From Gammaproteobacteria bacterium (GTDB lineage: Bacteria > Pseudomonadota > Gammaproteobacteria > SpSt-1174), in assembly GCA_037388465.1 (NCBI GenBank), contig JARRKE010000005.1, positions 5,010-69,009 of the forward strand: 64,000 nt of DNA, read 5' to 3'. The position numbers and the translations under genes were made by a program. Positions 29,194 to 39,199 of the stretch are shown here, piece by piece (the stretch's first letter is position 1; each line of letters opens with the position of its first letter). The notes under the pieces are model-generated. The model was not told the DNA's origin and ran no database searches. It saw only the letters and a list, made by a program, of their open reading frames with translations.

Positions 29194-29228
29194 ACGCCTT
29201 ACGCCTTACGCCTTACGCCTTACCCTTA
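29194..29228. repeat. Heptanucleotide tandem repeat (ACGCCTT)x4 plus a degenerate copy
   Basis: acgccttacgccttacgccttacgccttaccctta. The last unit overlaps the corA stop codon. Confidence 0.6.
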
Positions 29229-30185
29229 ATACCACTTGCGGGACCGGAACAGCCACAGCATGACGAACATGATCACGATCATCAGCCCGAGGATGAACCA
29301 GAAGCCGTGCGACGAATGCAGCAGGGGCTGGTCCTCGAAGTTCATGCCGAAGATGCCTGCAATCAGATTCAGCGGCAGGAAAATGGCCGAAATCACCGTC
29401 AGGACCTGCATGGTTTCGTTGGTGCGCTGACTGGACACGGAAAAATAGATCTGCACCAGCGACTCGATGTCCTGCTCCAGTGAGCGCACGTGCCCCAGCA
29501 CGCGCTGCAGATGCTCTTCGACGTTGCTGAAGCGCACCGCCAGGTGATCGGATATCAGGAAATCGGTGTCCAGACGCCAGCTGGACAGGACGTTCAACTG
29601 CCCTTCCATCTGCAATTCGAAGCGCCGCAGCTGACCGCGCATGTCCATCAGACGCCGCCATTCGGTGAAGTCGTTGCGCTCGTCCAGCAGGCGCGACTGC
29701 CAGTTTTCCAATTGCAGGGACAACGGCTCGCGCAGCGCAAGGAATTCGTCCGCGAGAAAGGTCAGGATCAGCGAAAGCAGATTGACCGGACCGTCCGGCG
29801 CCCGCATGAGGCCAGCGGTCAGCCGTTTCTTCAACCGGTCCAGCACCGGCTCCGGACCGGTCCGGATCGTGATGAGCACCTTCTCGGACAGATAAATGGA
29901 AATGGAGCGGGTCGCGGTCAGCGACTCCTTGGCGCCGGGAATCAGGCTGCGCAGCACCAGCAGCTCGTATTCCGCCGTGTAGTCATAAATGGGCGGATGC
30001 TGGCGGTTGGTACTGTCCCACAGGTGTTCCTCGTGTATGTGCAATCCGGTGAGCTGGCCGACCCGCTCCGGCCAATTGGTCTCCCCCGGGAAAAAATCGA
30101 GCCATACCAGATCACAGTCGGCAACCTCCTCGCGCGACCTCAGATCCGCAATGACCTTGCCGTGTTGGAAACCTGTCAGTTCCAT
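29226..30185 (-). CDS. CorA/ZntB-family divalent cation transporter
   Basis: GIFGMNFE (GMN motif) before the final TM helix. Confidence 0.85.
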   Translation of the reverse strand: MELTGFQHGKVIADLRSREEVADCDLVWLDFFPGETNWPERVGQLTGLHIHEEHLWDSTNRQHPPIYDYTAEYELLVLRSLIPGAKESLTATRSISIYLSEKVLITIRTGPEPVLDRLKKRLTAGLMRAPDGPVNLLSLILTFLADEFLALREPLSLQLENWQSRLLDERNDFTEWRRLMDMRGQLRRFELQMEGQLNVLSSWRLDTDFLISDHLAVRFSNVEEHLQRVLGHVRSLEQDIESLVQIYFSVSSQRTNETMQVLTVISAIFLPLNLIAGIFGMNFEDQPLLHSSHGFWFILGLMIVIMFVMLWLFRSRKWY

Positions 30186-30321
30186 ATCATGCTAGCCTAT
30201 TTGTCAGCTGCATCCGTTACCAGCAGAATCGAAAACGATACAACAAACCGCCGACGACACCGCCGGCTTCCACGGGATTGTACGCGAACAGCCGATGCTA
30301 TACTGAGCCGGCAGGCGGTTA

Positions 30322-33309
30322 TTGGACAACCTCAGGATGAACTTCCAGCCCGAAACAATGGACGACGTCAGTCAGGTCATCGAGGATCGCGCCTACTTAA
30401 AGAGCATCGTTGACACTGTTGGTGTCGGAGTTCTGATCCTCGATGAATCGAAAGAGTTCATCTACGCCAACCTAACCCTGCGCAGCTGGCTGAGCCGCTC
30501 CCTGGAAGAGCTGCGCACGCTGCCTACGAGTGCCTACCATCGGCAAAGCCCGGCAGCGAATACCACGCAGATTCACAACACCATCATCGACTCAGGACGC
30601 TGGGAAGGCGATGTCTGTCTGATTTCCGCCGACCAGGAAGAAATCCCCTGCCGCCTTGTGGCCCATAAGGTACAAACCCAGCTCGACGGACGCCGGACCC
30701 TGGTCGGGGTCTATACCGACCTGCGCGAACTCAAGCGCTCCCGGGAACGCGAAAACCTGTTGGTGGACATCATCCAGGAGCTGTCCACCCGCACCGACCT
30801 GGAAGGGGTCGCCCGGCGCGCCCTGTTTCGCGCCGCGGAACTGACCGGCGGCAACGGCGGCGGTATTGCGCTCAAGGATGACGAACAACCCACCCTGAGC
30901 TACCGCTGGACGACTCACGAACACGCGGAGGGCCATCCGGAACATCGCTTCGACAAACCCTTTCCTGCCGACCAGGGGTTGGCCGGCATCGCCTTCCGCA
31001 CCGGCCGCGCCCAGATCGCCAACCATTATCCCGACAGCCCGTTCGCCAATCCGTATTTCGTCGCCACCGGCATACGCAGCCTGATCGTGGTGCCGATCCT
31101 GGACAAGACCCAGCCGCTGGGCGCACTGAGCATCGTCAGCTTCACCAACGACGAAGCCTTTGGCGAAGATCAGATTCCGCTGCTCGAATCCATTGCCCGC
31201 CAGCTCAGCGAGGCGTTGCAGTTCCAGCGCCTGCTGGACAGCGCACGCAGTTCCGAAGCCCGCCTGCGCGGCGTCATCGAGGCCGTCCCCGGCGTCATCT
31301 ACACCACCCCGCTGCCCGACCTCAACCCGCACTATTACAGCTCGCGCGCCTACGACCTGTACGGCATCGACGTGCAGGAAATGAATACCGATTCGCAAAG
31401 CTGGATCGAACGGGTTCATCCCGACGACCGGGACAAATACCTGGACCGGATCCGCAAGGCGATTGACGGCGCCACCAATGAGTTCCTGATGGAATACCGT
31501 ATCTGGAACAAAACCCGTCGCGAATGGGTGTGGCTGCGCAACCATGCCTACATCGAACACGACGCAGATGGACGCGCGGTTTTCGCCACCGGGTTCATCC
31601 AGGACGTCACCGACCGCGCTCTGGCCGAACAGGCCCTGCGCGAGGCGGAACATTTCACCCGCCTCGCCCTCGACAGCATGTACGACCTGTTCTACGTCAT
31701 CGGCCTGGACGGACGCTTGCTGCGCTGGAACCGCACCTTCAGCACCCGTACCGGCTATACGGACCAGGAAATCTCCCGCATGCTGCCGACCGATTTCTTC
31801 AACGAAACGCACAAGACCTCCATCGAGACCGCGATCAAGGAAACCATCGTCACCGGCAGCGCATCCATCGTCCTCCCGCTTTATACCCGCGACGGCCAGG
31901 AAATCATGCACGAATTCCACGCCGTGGTGCTGCGCGACACCAACGGCAACGCCATCGGCCTGGTCGGCACCGGCCGCGACATCACGCGTCAGCTCGAAGA
32001 CGAGGCCCAGCTGCAGTACATCGCCCAGCACGATCCGCTGACCGGCCTGCCCAACCGCCTGCTGCTCAGCGACCGCGTCGCCCACGCCATCAAGCGTGCG
32101 CGCCGCGACGACACCATGCTCGCCCTGCTGTTCCTGGACCTGGATCGCTTCAAGGAGATCAACGACACGCTGGGACACGCCTGTGGCGACCAGCTGCTCA
32201 AGAGCGTGACCGAGCGCATCTGCGACACCCTGCGCGAGGACGATTCCGTCGCCCGACTCGGCGGGGACGAATTCATCATTCTGCTCGAGGGTCTGCACGC
32301 GATCGACGATGCCGAGGACATGGCAGAACGCCTCCTCACCTCGATCGAACAGCCCCTGCAACTCGATGATACGCAGCTGGTCGTCACCGCCAGCATCGGC
32401 ATCAGCTTCTTTCCGAAGCACGGCACGGATTTCGACGACCTGCTCAAACACGCCGACACCGCCATGTACGCCGCCAAGGAATCAGGCCGCAACAGCGTGC
32501 ACACCTACACCAAGGAGCTCAGCCTCAAAGCGCGTCACCGTTTCGACCTGGAGCACGCGCTGCGCGCCGCGATCGAAAACGAGGATTTCCATCTCCACTT
32601 CCAGCCCAAGATCGATGCCGCGAGCGGGCGCTGCGTAGGCGCCGAAGCGCTGCTGCGCTGGCTGCACCCCGAGGAAGGCAATATTCCGCCGGACCGTTTC
32701 ATTCCGGTCGCGGAAACCACCGGGCTGATCATTCCGCTGGGCGAATGGGTGATACGCACCGCCTGCCGTTCCGTTTTCGAATTCAACCAGGCGGGCTTTC
32801 CGGATCTGACGCTGTCGCTCAATCTGTCCGGGCGGCAATTCGTCCAGCGCGATCTGCAGCAACGCATTCTCGACCAGATCGTCACGGCAGACATCTGCGC
32901 CGCCAGCATCGAGCTGGAATTGACCGAGAGCTTTCTGATGACCCATCCCCAGGCGCGCGCCATGCTGTTGTCACTGCACGAGGCAGGCATCCGGCTCGCC
33001 ATCGACGACTTCGGCACCGGCTACTCCTCCCTGAGCCAGCTGAAGCTCTTCCCGGTTTCCACCCTCAAGATCGACCAGTCGTTCGTACACGACGTGGTCA
33101 CGGACCCCAACGACGCCGCCATCACCAGCGCCATCATCGCCATGGGCCACAGCCTCGACATGACGGTCTGCGCCGAAGGCGTGGAAACGCAATCGCAATT
33201 GGAATTCGTGCGCGAACAGGGCTGCGACACCGTCCAGGGATACCTGTTCGCCCCGGCCATGCCCAAGGACGAGTTCCTCGCCTGGGCCAGGGGCCATCAA
33301 AGGGATTAA
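30322..33309 (+). CDS. PAS-GAF-PAS-PAS-GGDEF-EAL signalling protein
   Basis: 995 aa. Contains RLGGDEFIILL, EALLRW, DDFGTGYSSL and KIDQSFV. Confidence 0.9.
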   Translation: MDNLRMNFQPETMDDVSQVIEDRAYLKSIVDTVGVGVLILDESKEFIYANLTLRSWLSRSLEELRTLPTSAYHRQSPAANTTQIHNTIIDSGRWEGDVCLISADQEEIPCRLVAHKVQTQLDGRRTLVGVYTDLRELKRSRERENLLVDIIQELSTRTDLEGVARRALFRAAELTGGNGGGIALKDDEQPTLSYRWTTHEHAEGHPEHRFDKPFPADQGLAGIAFRTGRAQIANHYPDSPFANPYFVATGIRSLIVVPILDKTQPLGALSIVSFTNDEAFGEDQIPLLESIARQLSEALQFQRLLDSARSSEARLRGVIEAVPGVIYTTPLPDLNPHYYSSRAYDLYGIDVQEMNTDSQSWIERVHPDDRDKYLDRIRKAIDGATNEFLMEYRIWNKTRREWVWLRNHAYIEHDADGRAVFATGFIQDVTDRALAEQALREAEHFTRLALDSMYDLFYVIGLDGRLLRWNRTFSTRTGYTDQEISRMLPTDFFNETHKTSIETAIKETIVTGSASIVLPLYTRDGQEIMHEFHAVVLRDTNGNAIGLVGTGRDITRQLEDEAQLQYIAQHDPLTGLPNRLLLSDRVAHAIKRARRDDTMLALLFLDLDRFKEINDTLGHACGDQLLKSVTERICDTLREDDSVARLGGDEFIILLEGLHAIDDAEDMAERLLTSIEQPLQLDDTQLVVTASIGISFFPKHGTDFDDLLKHADTAMYAAKESGRNSVHTYTKELSLKARHRFDLEHALRAAIENEDFHLHFQPKIDAASGRCVGAEALLRWLHPEEGNIPPDRFIPVAETTGLIIPLGEWVIRTACRSVFEFNQAGFPDLTLSLNLSGRQFVQRDLQQRILDQIVTADICAASIELELTESFLMTHPQARAMLLSLHEAGIRLAIDDFGTGYSSLSQLKLFPVSTLKIDQSFVHDVVTDPNDAAITSAIIAMGHSLDMTVCAEGVETQSQLEFVREQGCDTVQGYLFAPAMPKDEFLAWARGHQRD

Positions 33310-33319
33310 GGCGAATACC

Positions 33320-33976
33320 TCAGGCGCTGTCCGGTGCGTTATACCGCACCGCATCCAGGAACAAATCCACCAGCCGGTCAGTCAACGCATCCAATGAAAT
33401 CTCGTTGAAGCGGTCGTGCGGGTCGAGGCACTTGGTCAACAAGGCCTCGCGAATCATGCCCTGATACATCAATCCCGCCGCCCGCTTGTCCAGGGCGGGG
33501 ATCTTCCCGCTCTGCTCCAGCTCCCCCAGATTGAACTCGATGTAATCGGTAAACGTCTTCCAACGGTTGTTGAAAAACGCCCGCGCCGCCTCATTGCCTT
33601 CCAGCATGCTGTGCAACTCCATGCGCAGCAGCTCCGGCCGCCAGGCGATACTGCCCACGAACACCCGGGTCAGGGCACGCAGCACGGCGGCAAAATCCGA
33701 TTCGGTTTCCACCACCGCTTCCACGTAGTCCTCGCGGGTACCGGAGAGCTCTTCCAGCACCGCCTCGTAGAGCTGCTCCTTGGAGCTGAAGTGGCGATAC
33801 AGCACCGCCGGACTGACGCCGACCTCGCTGACGATCTGGTCGACCGAGACGCCATGAAACCCCTTATCGGCGAACAGGCGGCCCGCCACCTCGACGATCG
33901 AGGCGCGCCGTTCGGGTGCACTGAGTCGTTTGCGCATATCAGACATCGAGCGGGTGCGGTGGGAATAGCCTACCAC
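33320..33976 (-). CDS. TetR-family transcriptional regulator
   Basis: The HTH VSVDQIVSEVGVSPAVLYRHF is the TetR-N signature. Confidence 0.85.
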   Translation of the reverse strand: MVGYSHRTRSMSDMRKRLSAPERRASIVEVAGRLFADKGFHGVSVDQIVSEVGVSPAVLYRHFSSKEQLYEAVLEELSGTREDYVEAVVETESDFAAVLRALTRVFVGSIAWRPELLRMELHSMLEGNEAARAFFNNRWKTFTDYIEFNLGELEQSGKIPALDKRAAGLMYQGMIREALLTKCLDPHDRFNEISLDALTDRLVDLFLDAVRYNAPDSA

Positions 33977-34002
33977 CCCACCGCACGCCTTTCGTCGTGT
34001 CT

Positions 34003-34233
34003 TCAGTGCTTGCGGATATAAAAAACGAATTCGCCGCCGCCCTGCTCCTGTTCAACCAGTTCGTGCCCGGTCTGTTTGCAGAAGGCCTCGAAATCCTTCA
34101 CCGCACCGGGATCGGTGGCGACCACCTTGATGACCTGGCCGGCCTGCAGCTCGGTAATGGCCTTCTTGGTCTTGAGGATGGGGAGCGGGCAATTGAGACC
34201 CGCGGCATTCAATTCTGAGTCAAAGCCTGTCAT
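34003..34233 (-). CDS. TusA-like sulfurtransferase
   Basis: LNCPLPIL (CPxP motif). Confidence 0.8.
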   Translation of the reverse strand: MTGFDSELNAAGLNCPLPILKTKKAITELQAGQVIKVVATDPGAVKDFEAFCKQTGHELVEQEQGGGEFVFYIRKH

Positions 34234-34426
34234 GGCACACCTCCTGAAAAGGTATCGGATCGATGACAACAACCAGCCACAAGTTAGTGACCGTTTACTT
34301 ATATACGACTAAGACATACATCTGTCAACCTGTGCCATAATCACCCAGGCAAACGCCCGGACGACGACTGCCGTCTTATCCATGTCTTTTCACATCGATA
34401 CGAACATCTACAACAGGAGAACCACC

Positions 34427-34960
34427 ATGGCCTTGATCGCAACCGTACCCCTCGAATCCGCCCAGGACGATGTAGCCGAAATCTACCGCCAGGCGGAAAA
34501 AATACTGGGCGGCGTTCCCAACGCCCTGTCGATCATGAGTGTCAGCCCGCTGCTGCTCAAACAACAATGGGAATACATTGCCTATAACGCCAGCCAGCGG
34601 AGTTTCACCCAGCCCTTGCTGGCGATGATTCGCCTGCTGGTTTCCCAGGAAAACAATTGCGAGTACTGCATCGGTCTGAACACCGGCCTGCTGATCAACC
34701 GCTTCGGACTCTCGCAGGAGCAGGTGGACGCACTCAGGAAAGACCCCTCGAGCGCCCCGCTGGACGAACGCGAAAAAGCCATGCTGCAGTTCGTCCTCAA
34801 AGCCGTGGGGCGGCCTTCAGAGGTGAATGCCGACGACATCGGGGCCATGCACGATCTGGGTTGGGGTGACGGCGACATCCTGGATGCGGTAACCCATGGC
34901 GCCCGGATGCTGGCCTCGGATGTGGTCTTCAATGCCTTCAAGCTCGAAGCGGACTACTGA
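34427..34960 (+). CDS. Carboxymuconolactone-decarboxylase/AhpD-like protein
   Basis: ENNCEYCIGLN (AhpD-type CxxC). AGGAGA Shine-Dalgarno sequence 7 nt before the ATG. Confidence 0.7.
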   Translation: MALIATVPLESAQDDVAEIYRQAEKILGGVPNALSIMSVSPLLLKQQWEYIAYNASQRSFTQPLLAMIRLLVSQENNCEYCIGLNTGLLINRFGLSQEQVDALRKDPSSAPLDEREKAMLQFVLKAVGRPSEVNADDIGAMHDLGWGDGDILDAVTHGARMLASDVVFNAFKLEADY

Positions 34961-35139
34961 TACCGGCCTGTCCTGAATCCAAAGCCCCCCGGCTGCCCGC
35001 CGGGGCAGCGCGTAAAGCGAGGCCTAAATAGAACGCCGCGGGCGTTAGATGGTATTCATTGGCTCCCGGCACGCGGGCCATTGCGCCCCCATGCCCCGTT
35101 CGCCAATATGGGAGGCCAGTGAACCATGACGCCAAGACC

Positions 35140-35715
35140 ATGCACATCACGCGCTGCGGCTGGGCACCGGCCAACAACCCGCTTTATCTGGACTACCACG
35201 ACCACGAATGGGGGGTGCCCAACCATGACGACCGCCACCTGTTCGAGATGCTGATCCTGGAGGGCGCCCAGGCGGGTCTGTCCTGGGCGACCATACTCAA
35301 CAAGCGGGAGAACTACCGCCGCGCCTTCGAAGGATTCGACCCCGCCAAGGTGGCACGCTATACGAACGCCGACAGGCGGCGGCTGCTGGATGACGCCGGC
35401 ATCGTGCGCAACCGGCTCAAGATCGACGCGACCATCAACAACGCGCAGCGTTATCTGGACGTCCTGGAAGAATACGACTGCTTCGCGGATTTCATCTGGC
35501 AGTTCGTGGACGGCAAACCGGTCCAGAATGCCTGGCGCACGCTCAAGCAGGTGCCGGCCTCGACGCCGATATCGGATGCCATGAGCCGGGAACTCAAACG
35601 GCGCGGCTTCAAGTTCGTCGGCTCGACCATCTGCTACGCTTACATGCAGGCCGTCGGCATGGTGAACGACCACACCACGGACTGTTTTCGGCACGGGCAG
35701 CTAGGCGGGAAGTAG
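35140..35715 (+). CDS. tag: DNA-3-methyladenine glycosylase I
   Basis: RCGWAPANNPLYLDYHDHEWG and LILEGAQAGLSW motifs. Confidence 0.9.
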   Translation: MHITRCGWAPANNPLYLDYHDHEWGVPNHDDRHLFEMLILEGAQAGLSWATILNKRENYRRAFEGFDPAKVARYTNADRRRLLDDAGIVRNRLKIDATINNAQRYLDVLEEYDCFADFIWQFVDGKPVQNAWRTLKQVPASTPISDAMSRELKRRGFKFVGSTICYAYMQAVGMVNDHTTDCFRHGQLGGK

Positions 35716-35730
35716 CGTAAACGCGCCGGT

Positions 35731-37374
35731 TCAGGCCGCCTCGTTGCCGGCCTCGGGGACCTGATACCGTGCCAGCGCATCGAGATGCCTCATCGCCTTG
35801 CGCATCTGCTTGCCCATGCGGCGCGACAGGCTCAAAAACCGCAGGGCCGTGCTCAGGGTTTCGGCGCTGATCTGCGCACCCGCCGCCAGCGCCAGCAGAC
35901 GGTCCTTGACCTCGTCATGCGTCTGTTCCTCGGTGGAATAGAGATTTTCGTATGCGGTTGCATCGTACTTTTCCGGTTCGCCATTCAGCTCCAACAGACG
36001 CGACAATGCGGTCAGCCAGACATCCATCGGTTCCTTGAGCCCGGTCTCGTGCGCCGTGCGCAGTTCCACGCGCAGCTCCGCCAGTTCGACACACAAATCC
36101 GTCACGTTCAGGTAGTACTGAACGATACGCATGGATTCTTCCAGGCTGACCGCAATCTCCTTCGGCAAGGTTTCGCGCGACGCCGAGGAGCTGAAACGGC
36201 TGATGGCGGCAAGCCGTTGATCCAGTGCCAGGCGGCGCCGGTTCAGGGGATGGACGTCCCGCGTGGCGGCATGAATGGACTGCATGCCCAGCCCGGTAAT
36301 CATCGGCGCGACGAGGCCGAGCTCCTTGATCAGGGCGGTGCGGGCAAGATCCGGCATGGACGCGATGTTGCCGTCCAGATAATGCGGGCGTGCCTCATCC
36401 TCCTCGGCGGTCCGGAACCGGCGTAACAGAAAACGCTGCAGCGGATCGCTGAGCGGCACCATGAGCACCACCCCCAGCAGATTAAACAGGGTATGAAACA
36501 GCGCCAGGGTCGTGGTCGCATCCAGGCCTTCATGGGTCAGCCGCTGCAGGGCGGGCACGACATAGATGAACAACGGCAATATGGCCAGTGCGACAATCCC
36601 CGTGATGAGATTGAAGGCCACGTGCGCCGAAGCCACCCGTTTGGCGGCCGGTGTCGCACCCAGCGATGCGATGAGCGCGGTGGACGTGGTACCGATGTTG
36701 GCGCCGATCACCGCCGCGGCCGCCGCCTCGAGCGGCAGCAGACCGCCCTGCACGGCCGTCAGCAGCACGGCCATGGACGCGCTGGACGACTGCATGACCA
36801 TGGTCATCAGCATGCCGATGGCGACCATCAGCACCAGATCGGGCAGTCCCGCCGACGCCGGCACCAGCAGGGTCTCGCCGGGACCGTGCGCGGCAAAAGC
36901 CGTGCGCAGCACCTCGATGCCCATGAACAGCAGACCGAAACCGGCCAGCGCCCCACCCAGCGAACGGGTGCGCTCCCCGCGCGCGAAGATTCGCAACAAG
37001 GCACCTATGCCGATCACCGGCAGGGCATAGGCGTCGATCTCGAGCTTGAAGCCCAGCAGCACGACCAGCCAGCCGGTCATGGTGGTGCCCACGTTGCTGC
37101 CGAACATCACCCACAGGGACTGGGCCAGGGTCAGCAGACCCGCGTTCACGAAGCCGATGGTGGCCATGGTCACCGCGCTGGAGGACTGCACCAGCGCGGT
37201 GAGGGCCAGCCCGGAGACGAAGCCCCGCTTTTTGTTCCGCGTCCAGGTGCCGAGCACATGCTCCAGCGTATGGCCGGCCGCGAGCTTGAGCCCCTCGGTC
37301 AACAGCCACATGCCAAGCAGGAACAGTCCCAGGCCGCCGACGGCCTGCAGTCCCAGATGCAACCAGACACTCAT
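35731..37374 (-). CDS. Na+/phosphate cotransporter (NptA/YjbB-like) with C-terminal PhoU-like domain
   Basis: Tandem QSSSA-type repeats (LVQSSSAVTMAT / VMQSSSASMAV). Confidence 0.85.
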   Translation of the reverse strand: MSVWLHLGLQAVGGLGLFLLGMWLLTEGLKLAAGHTLEHVLGTWTRNKKRGFVSGLALTALVQSSSAVTMATIGFVNAGLLTLAQSLWVMFGSNVGTTMTGWLVVLLGFKLEIDAYALPVIGIGALLRIFARGERTRSLGGALAGFGLLFMGIEVLRTAFAAHGPGETLLVPASAGLPDLVLMVAIGMLMTMVMQSSSASMAVLLTAVQGGLLPLEAAAAAVIGANIGTTSTALIASLGATPAAKRVASAHVAFNLITGIVALAILPLFIYVVPALQRLTHEGLDATTTLALFHTLFNLLGVVLMVPLSDPLQRFLLRRFRTAEEDEARPHYLDGNIASMPDLARTALIKELGLVAPMITGLGMQSIHAATRDVHPLNRRRLALDQRLAAISRFSSSASRETLPKEIAVSLEESMRIVQYYLNVTDLCVELAELRVELRTAHETGLKEPMDVWLTALSRLLELNGEPEKYDATAYENLYSTEEQTHDEVKDRLLALAAGAQISAETLSTALRFLSLSRRMGKQMRKAMRHLDALARYQVPEAGNEAA

Positions 37375-37560
37375 GCGCCGTCCCCGCCGGTGCCGGAGGC
37401 GATGTGATTGGCAGTGGGTTCAGGGAAGCGCGGCGGGCCGCCCCTTACCGTGTTCGACCCACCCTGCGCTCTCGCCATGCATGCTCCTTTGTGCGTGGCA
37501 TGAGATGCCTCTGCCGCGCCCTATGATCTTAACAAAACGGACGCGGCAGATAGACGGCGG

Positions 37561-38757
37561 CTAGCGGTCGTATTCGGGGCTCGCCAGGATATGGTGGATG
37601 CTCAGATCGGCGCCCTGATATTCCTCCTCCTCGGTCAGGCGGATACCCACCGTCGCTTTGAGTACGCCGTAAACCACCAGCCCGCCGATCAACGCGATCG
37701 CACACCCCAGAGCAGTACCGATCACCTGCGAACCGAAAGACACGCCGCCCAGCCCGCCGAGCGCCTTGAGCCCGAAGATACCGGCGGCAATCCCGCCCCA
37801 GGCGCCGCACAGTCCGTGCAGAGGCCAGACGCCCAGCACGTCGTCGATCTTCCAGCGGTTCTGGGTCAGCGTGAACAGCCACACGAACAGGCCGCCGGCC
37901 ACCGCGCCGGTGATCAGCGCACCCACCGGATGCATGATGTCCGACCCCGCGCACACCGCGACCAGACCGGCCAGCGGCCCGTTATGCACGAAACCCGGAT
38001 CGTTGCGGCCGATGACCAAAGCCGCGAGCGTGCCGCCCACCATGGCCATCAGCGAATTCACCGCCACCAGGCCGCTGATGTTCTGAATCTCCTGAGCGGA
38101 CATCACGTTGAACCCGAACCAGCCGACGCACAGGATCCAGGCGCCCAGGGCTAGAAAGGGAATGCTCGACGGCGGATGCGAGTAGATCTCGCCGTTCTTG
38201 CCATAACGGCCATGCCGCGGGCCGAGCACGAGCACCGCGCCGAGCGCGATCCAGCCGCCCATCGCGTGTACCACGACAGAACCGGCGAAGTCGTGGAACG
38301 GGTAACCGAAGGCACCCGTCAGCCAGTGCTGAAACCCGAGGTTGCCGTTCCACACCAGCCCCTCGAAAAACGGATACACCAGCGCCACCAAGATCAGGGT
38401 CGCCAGCAGTTGAGGTACAAACCGGGCGCGCTCGGCGATGCCCCCGGAGATGATGGCCGGGATGGCTGCCGCGAAGGTAAGCAGGAAAAAGAACTTCACC
38501 AGATCGTGGCCGTTCCCGGCCGCCAGCGTCCCTGCATCGTGCATAAAGTTGGTGTGATAGGCGATGTAATAGCCGATAAAGAAGTAAGCAATGGTGGAAA
38601 CAGAAAAGTCGGTGAGGATCTTTACCAGAGCATTGACCTGATTCTTGGCACGCACCGTACCCACCTCGAGAAAGGCGAAACCGGCATGCATGGCCAGTAC
38701 CAGGATGGCACCCATGAGAACGAAAAAGGTATCGACCGCGGTGTTCAGATTTGACAT
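37561..38757 (-). CDS. amtB: Ammonium transporter
   Basis: Amt signature helices. Start chosen at MSNLNTAVDTFFVLMGA. Confidence 0.9.
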   Translation of the reverse strand: MSNLNTAVDTFFVLMGAILVLAMHAGFAFLEVGTVRAKNQVNALVKILTDFSVSTIAYFFIGYYIAYHTNFMHDAGTLAAGNGHDLVKFFFLLTFAAAIPAIISGGIAERARFVPQLLATLILVALVYPFFEGLVWNGNLGFQHWLTGAFGYPFHDFAGSVVVHAMGGWIALGAVLVLGPRHGRYGKNGEIYSHPPSSIPFLALGAWILCVGWFGFNVMSAQEIQNISGLVAVNSLMAMVGGTLAALVIGRNDPGFVHNGPLAGLVAVCAGSDIMHPVGALITGAVAGGLFVWLFTLTQNRWKIDDVLGVWPLHGLCGAWGGIAAGIFGLKALGGLGGVSFGSQVIGTALGCAIALIGGLVVYGVLKATVGIRLTEEEEYQGADLSIHHILASPEYDR

Positions 38758-38903
38758 TGGCGTTGACCTGAAATGGAGCACAAAGATGGCGAGTCTAGGG
38801 CAACGCAGCGAATAAGGCACCATTCTAGGGCGTATCGAACAGAAAATCAGTGGCTTATAGAGGCATCACCGGACGCGTAAATGCACCGGAAGCGCGCGAA
38901 GCG

Positions 38904-39140
38904 CTATTTGAAATGATGGCGGTTACGCCAGTTGTTGACGAGAAAGGCGGCGCTGCGATGTCCGCCGCGGGCCGCACGGTTGTACCAGTAACGGGCCTGG
39001 CGCTCATCGACAGTCTGCCCCAGCAGGCCACGGCGCAACACCTCGCCCAAGCGGTACTGGGCCTCGGCATCGCCGCGAAAAGCGGCCATCGAAATGGACT
39101 CGTATCGCTCGCCCGGGAGCGGATGGTAGGGACCGGACAT
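38904..39140 (-). CDS. Sel1-like repeat mini-protein (78 aa)
   Basis: AEAQYRLGEVL..G.G...D..QARYWYNRAARGGH has the Sel1/TPR-like pattern. Confidence 0.45.
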   Translation of the reverse strand: MSGPYHPLPGERYESISMAAFRGDAEAQYRLGEVLRRGLLGQTVDERQARYWYNRAARGGHRSAAFLVNNWRNRHHFK

Positions 39141-39174
39141 GGTAATTAACGGATTGGGATAGCGGCGGCCGTAT

Positions 39175-39195
39175 CCTTACGCCTTACGCCTCACC
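39175..39195. repeat. Second copy of the heptamer tandem repeat (CCTTACG)x2 plus a degenerate copy
   Basis: ccttacgccttacgcctcacc, 5 nt after the dcd stop on the minus strand. Confidence 0.5.
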
Positions 39196-39199
39196 AACT

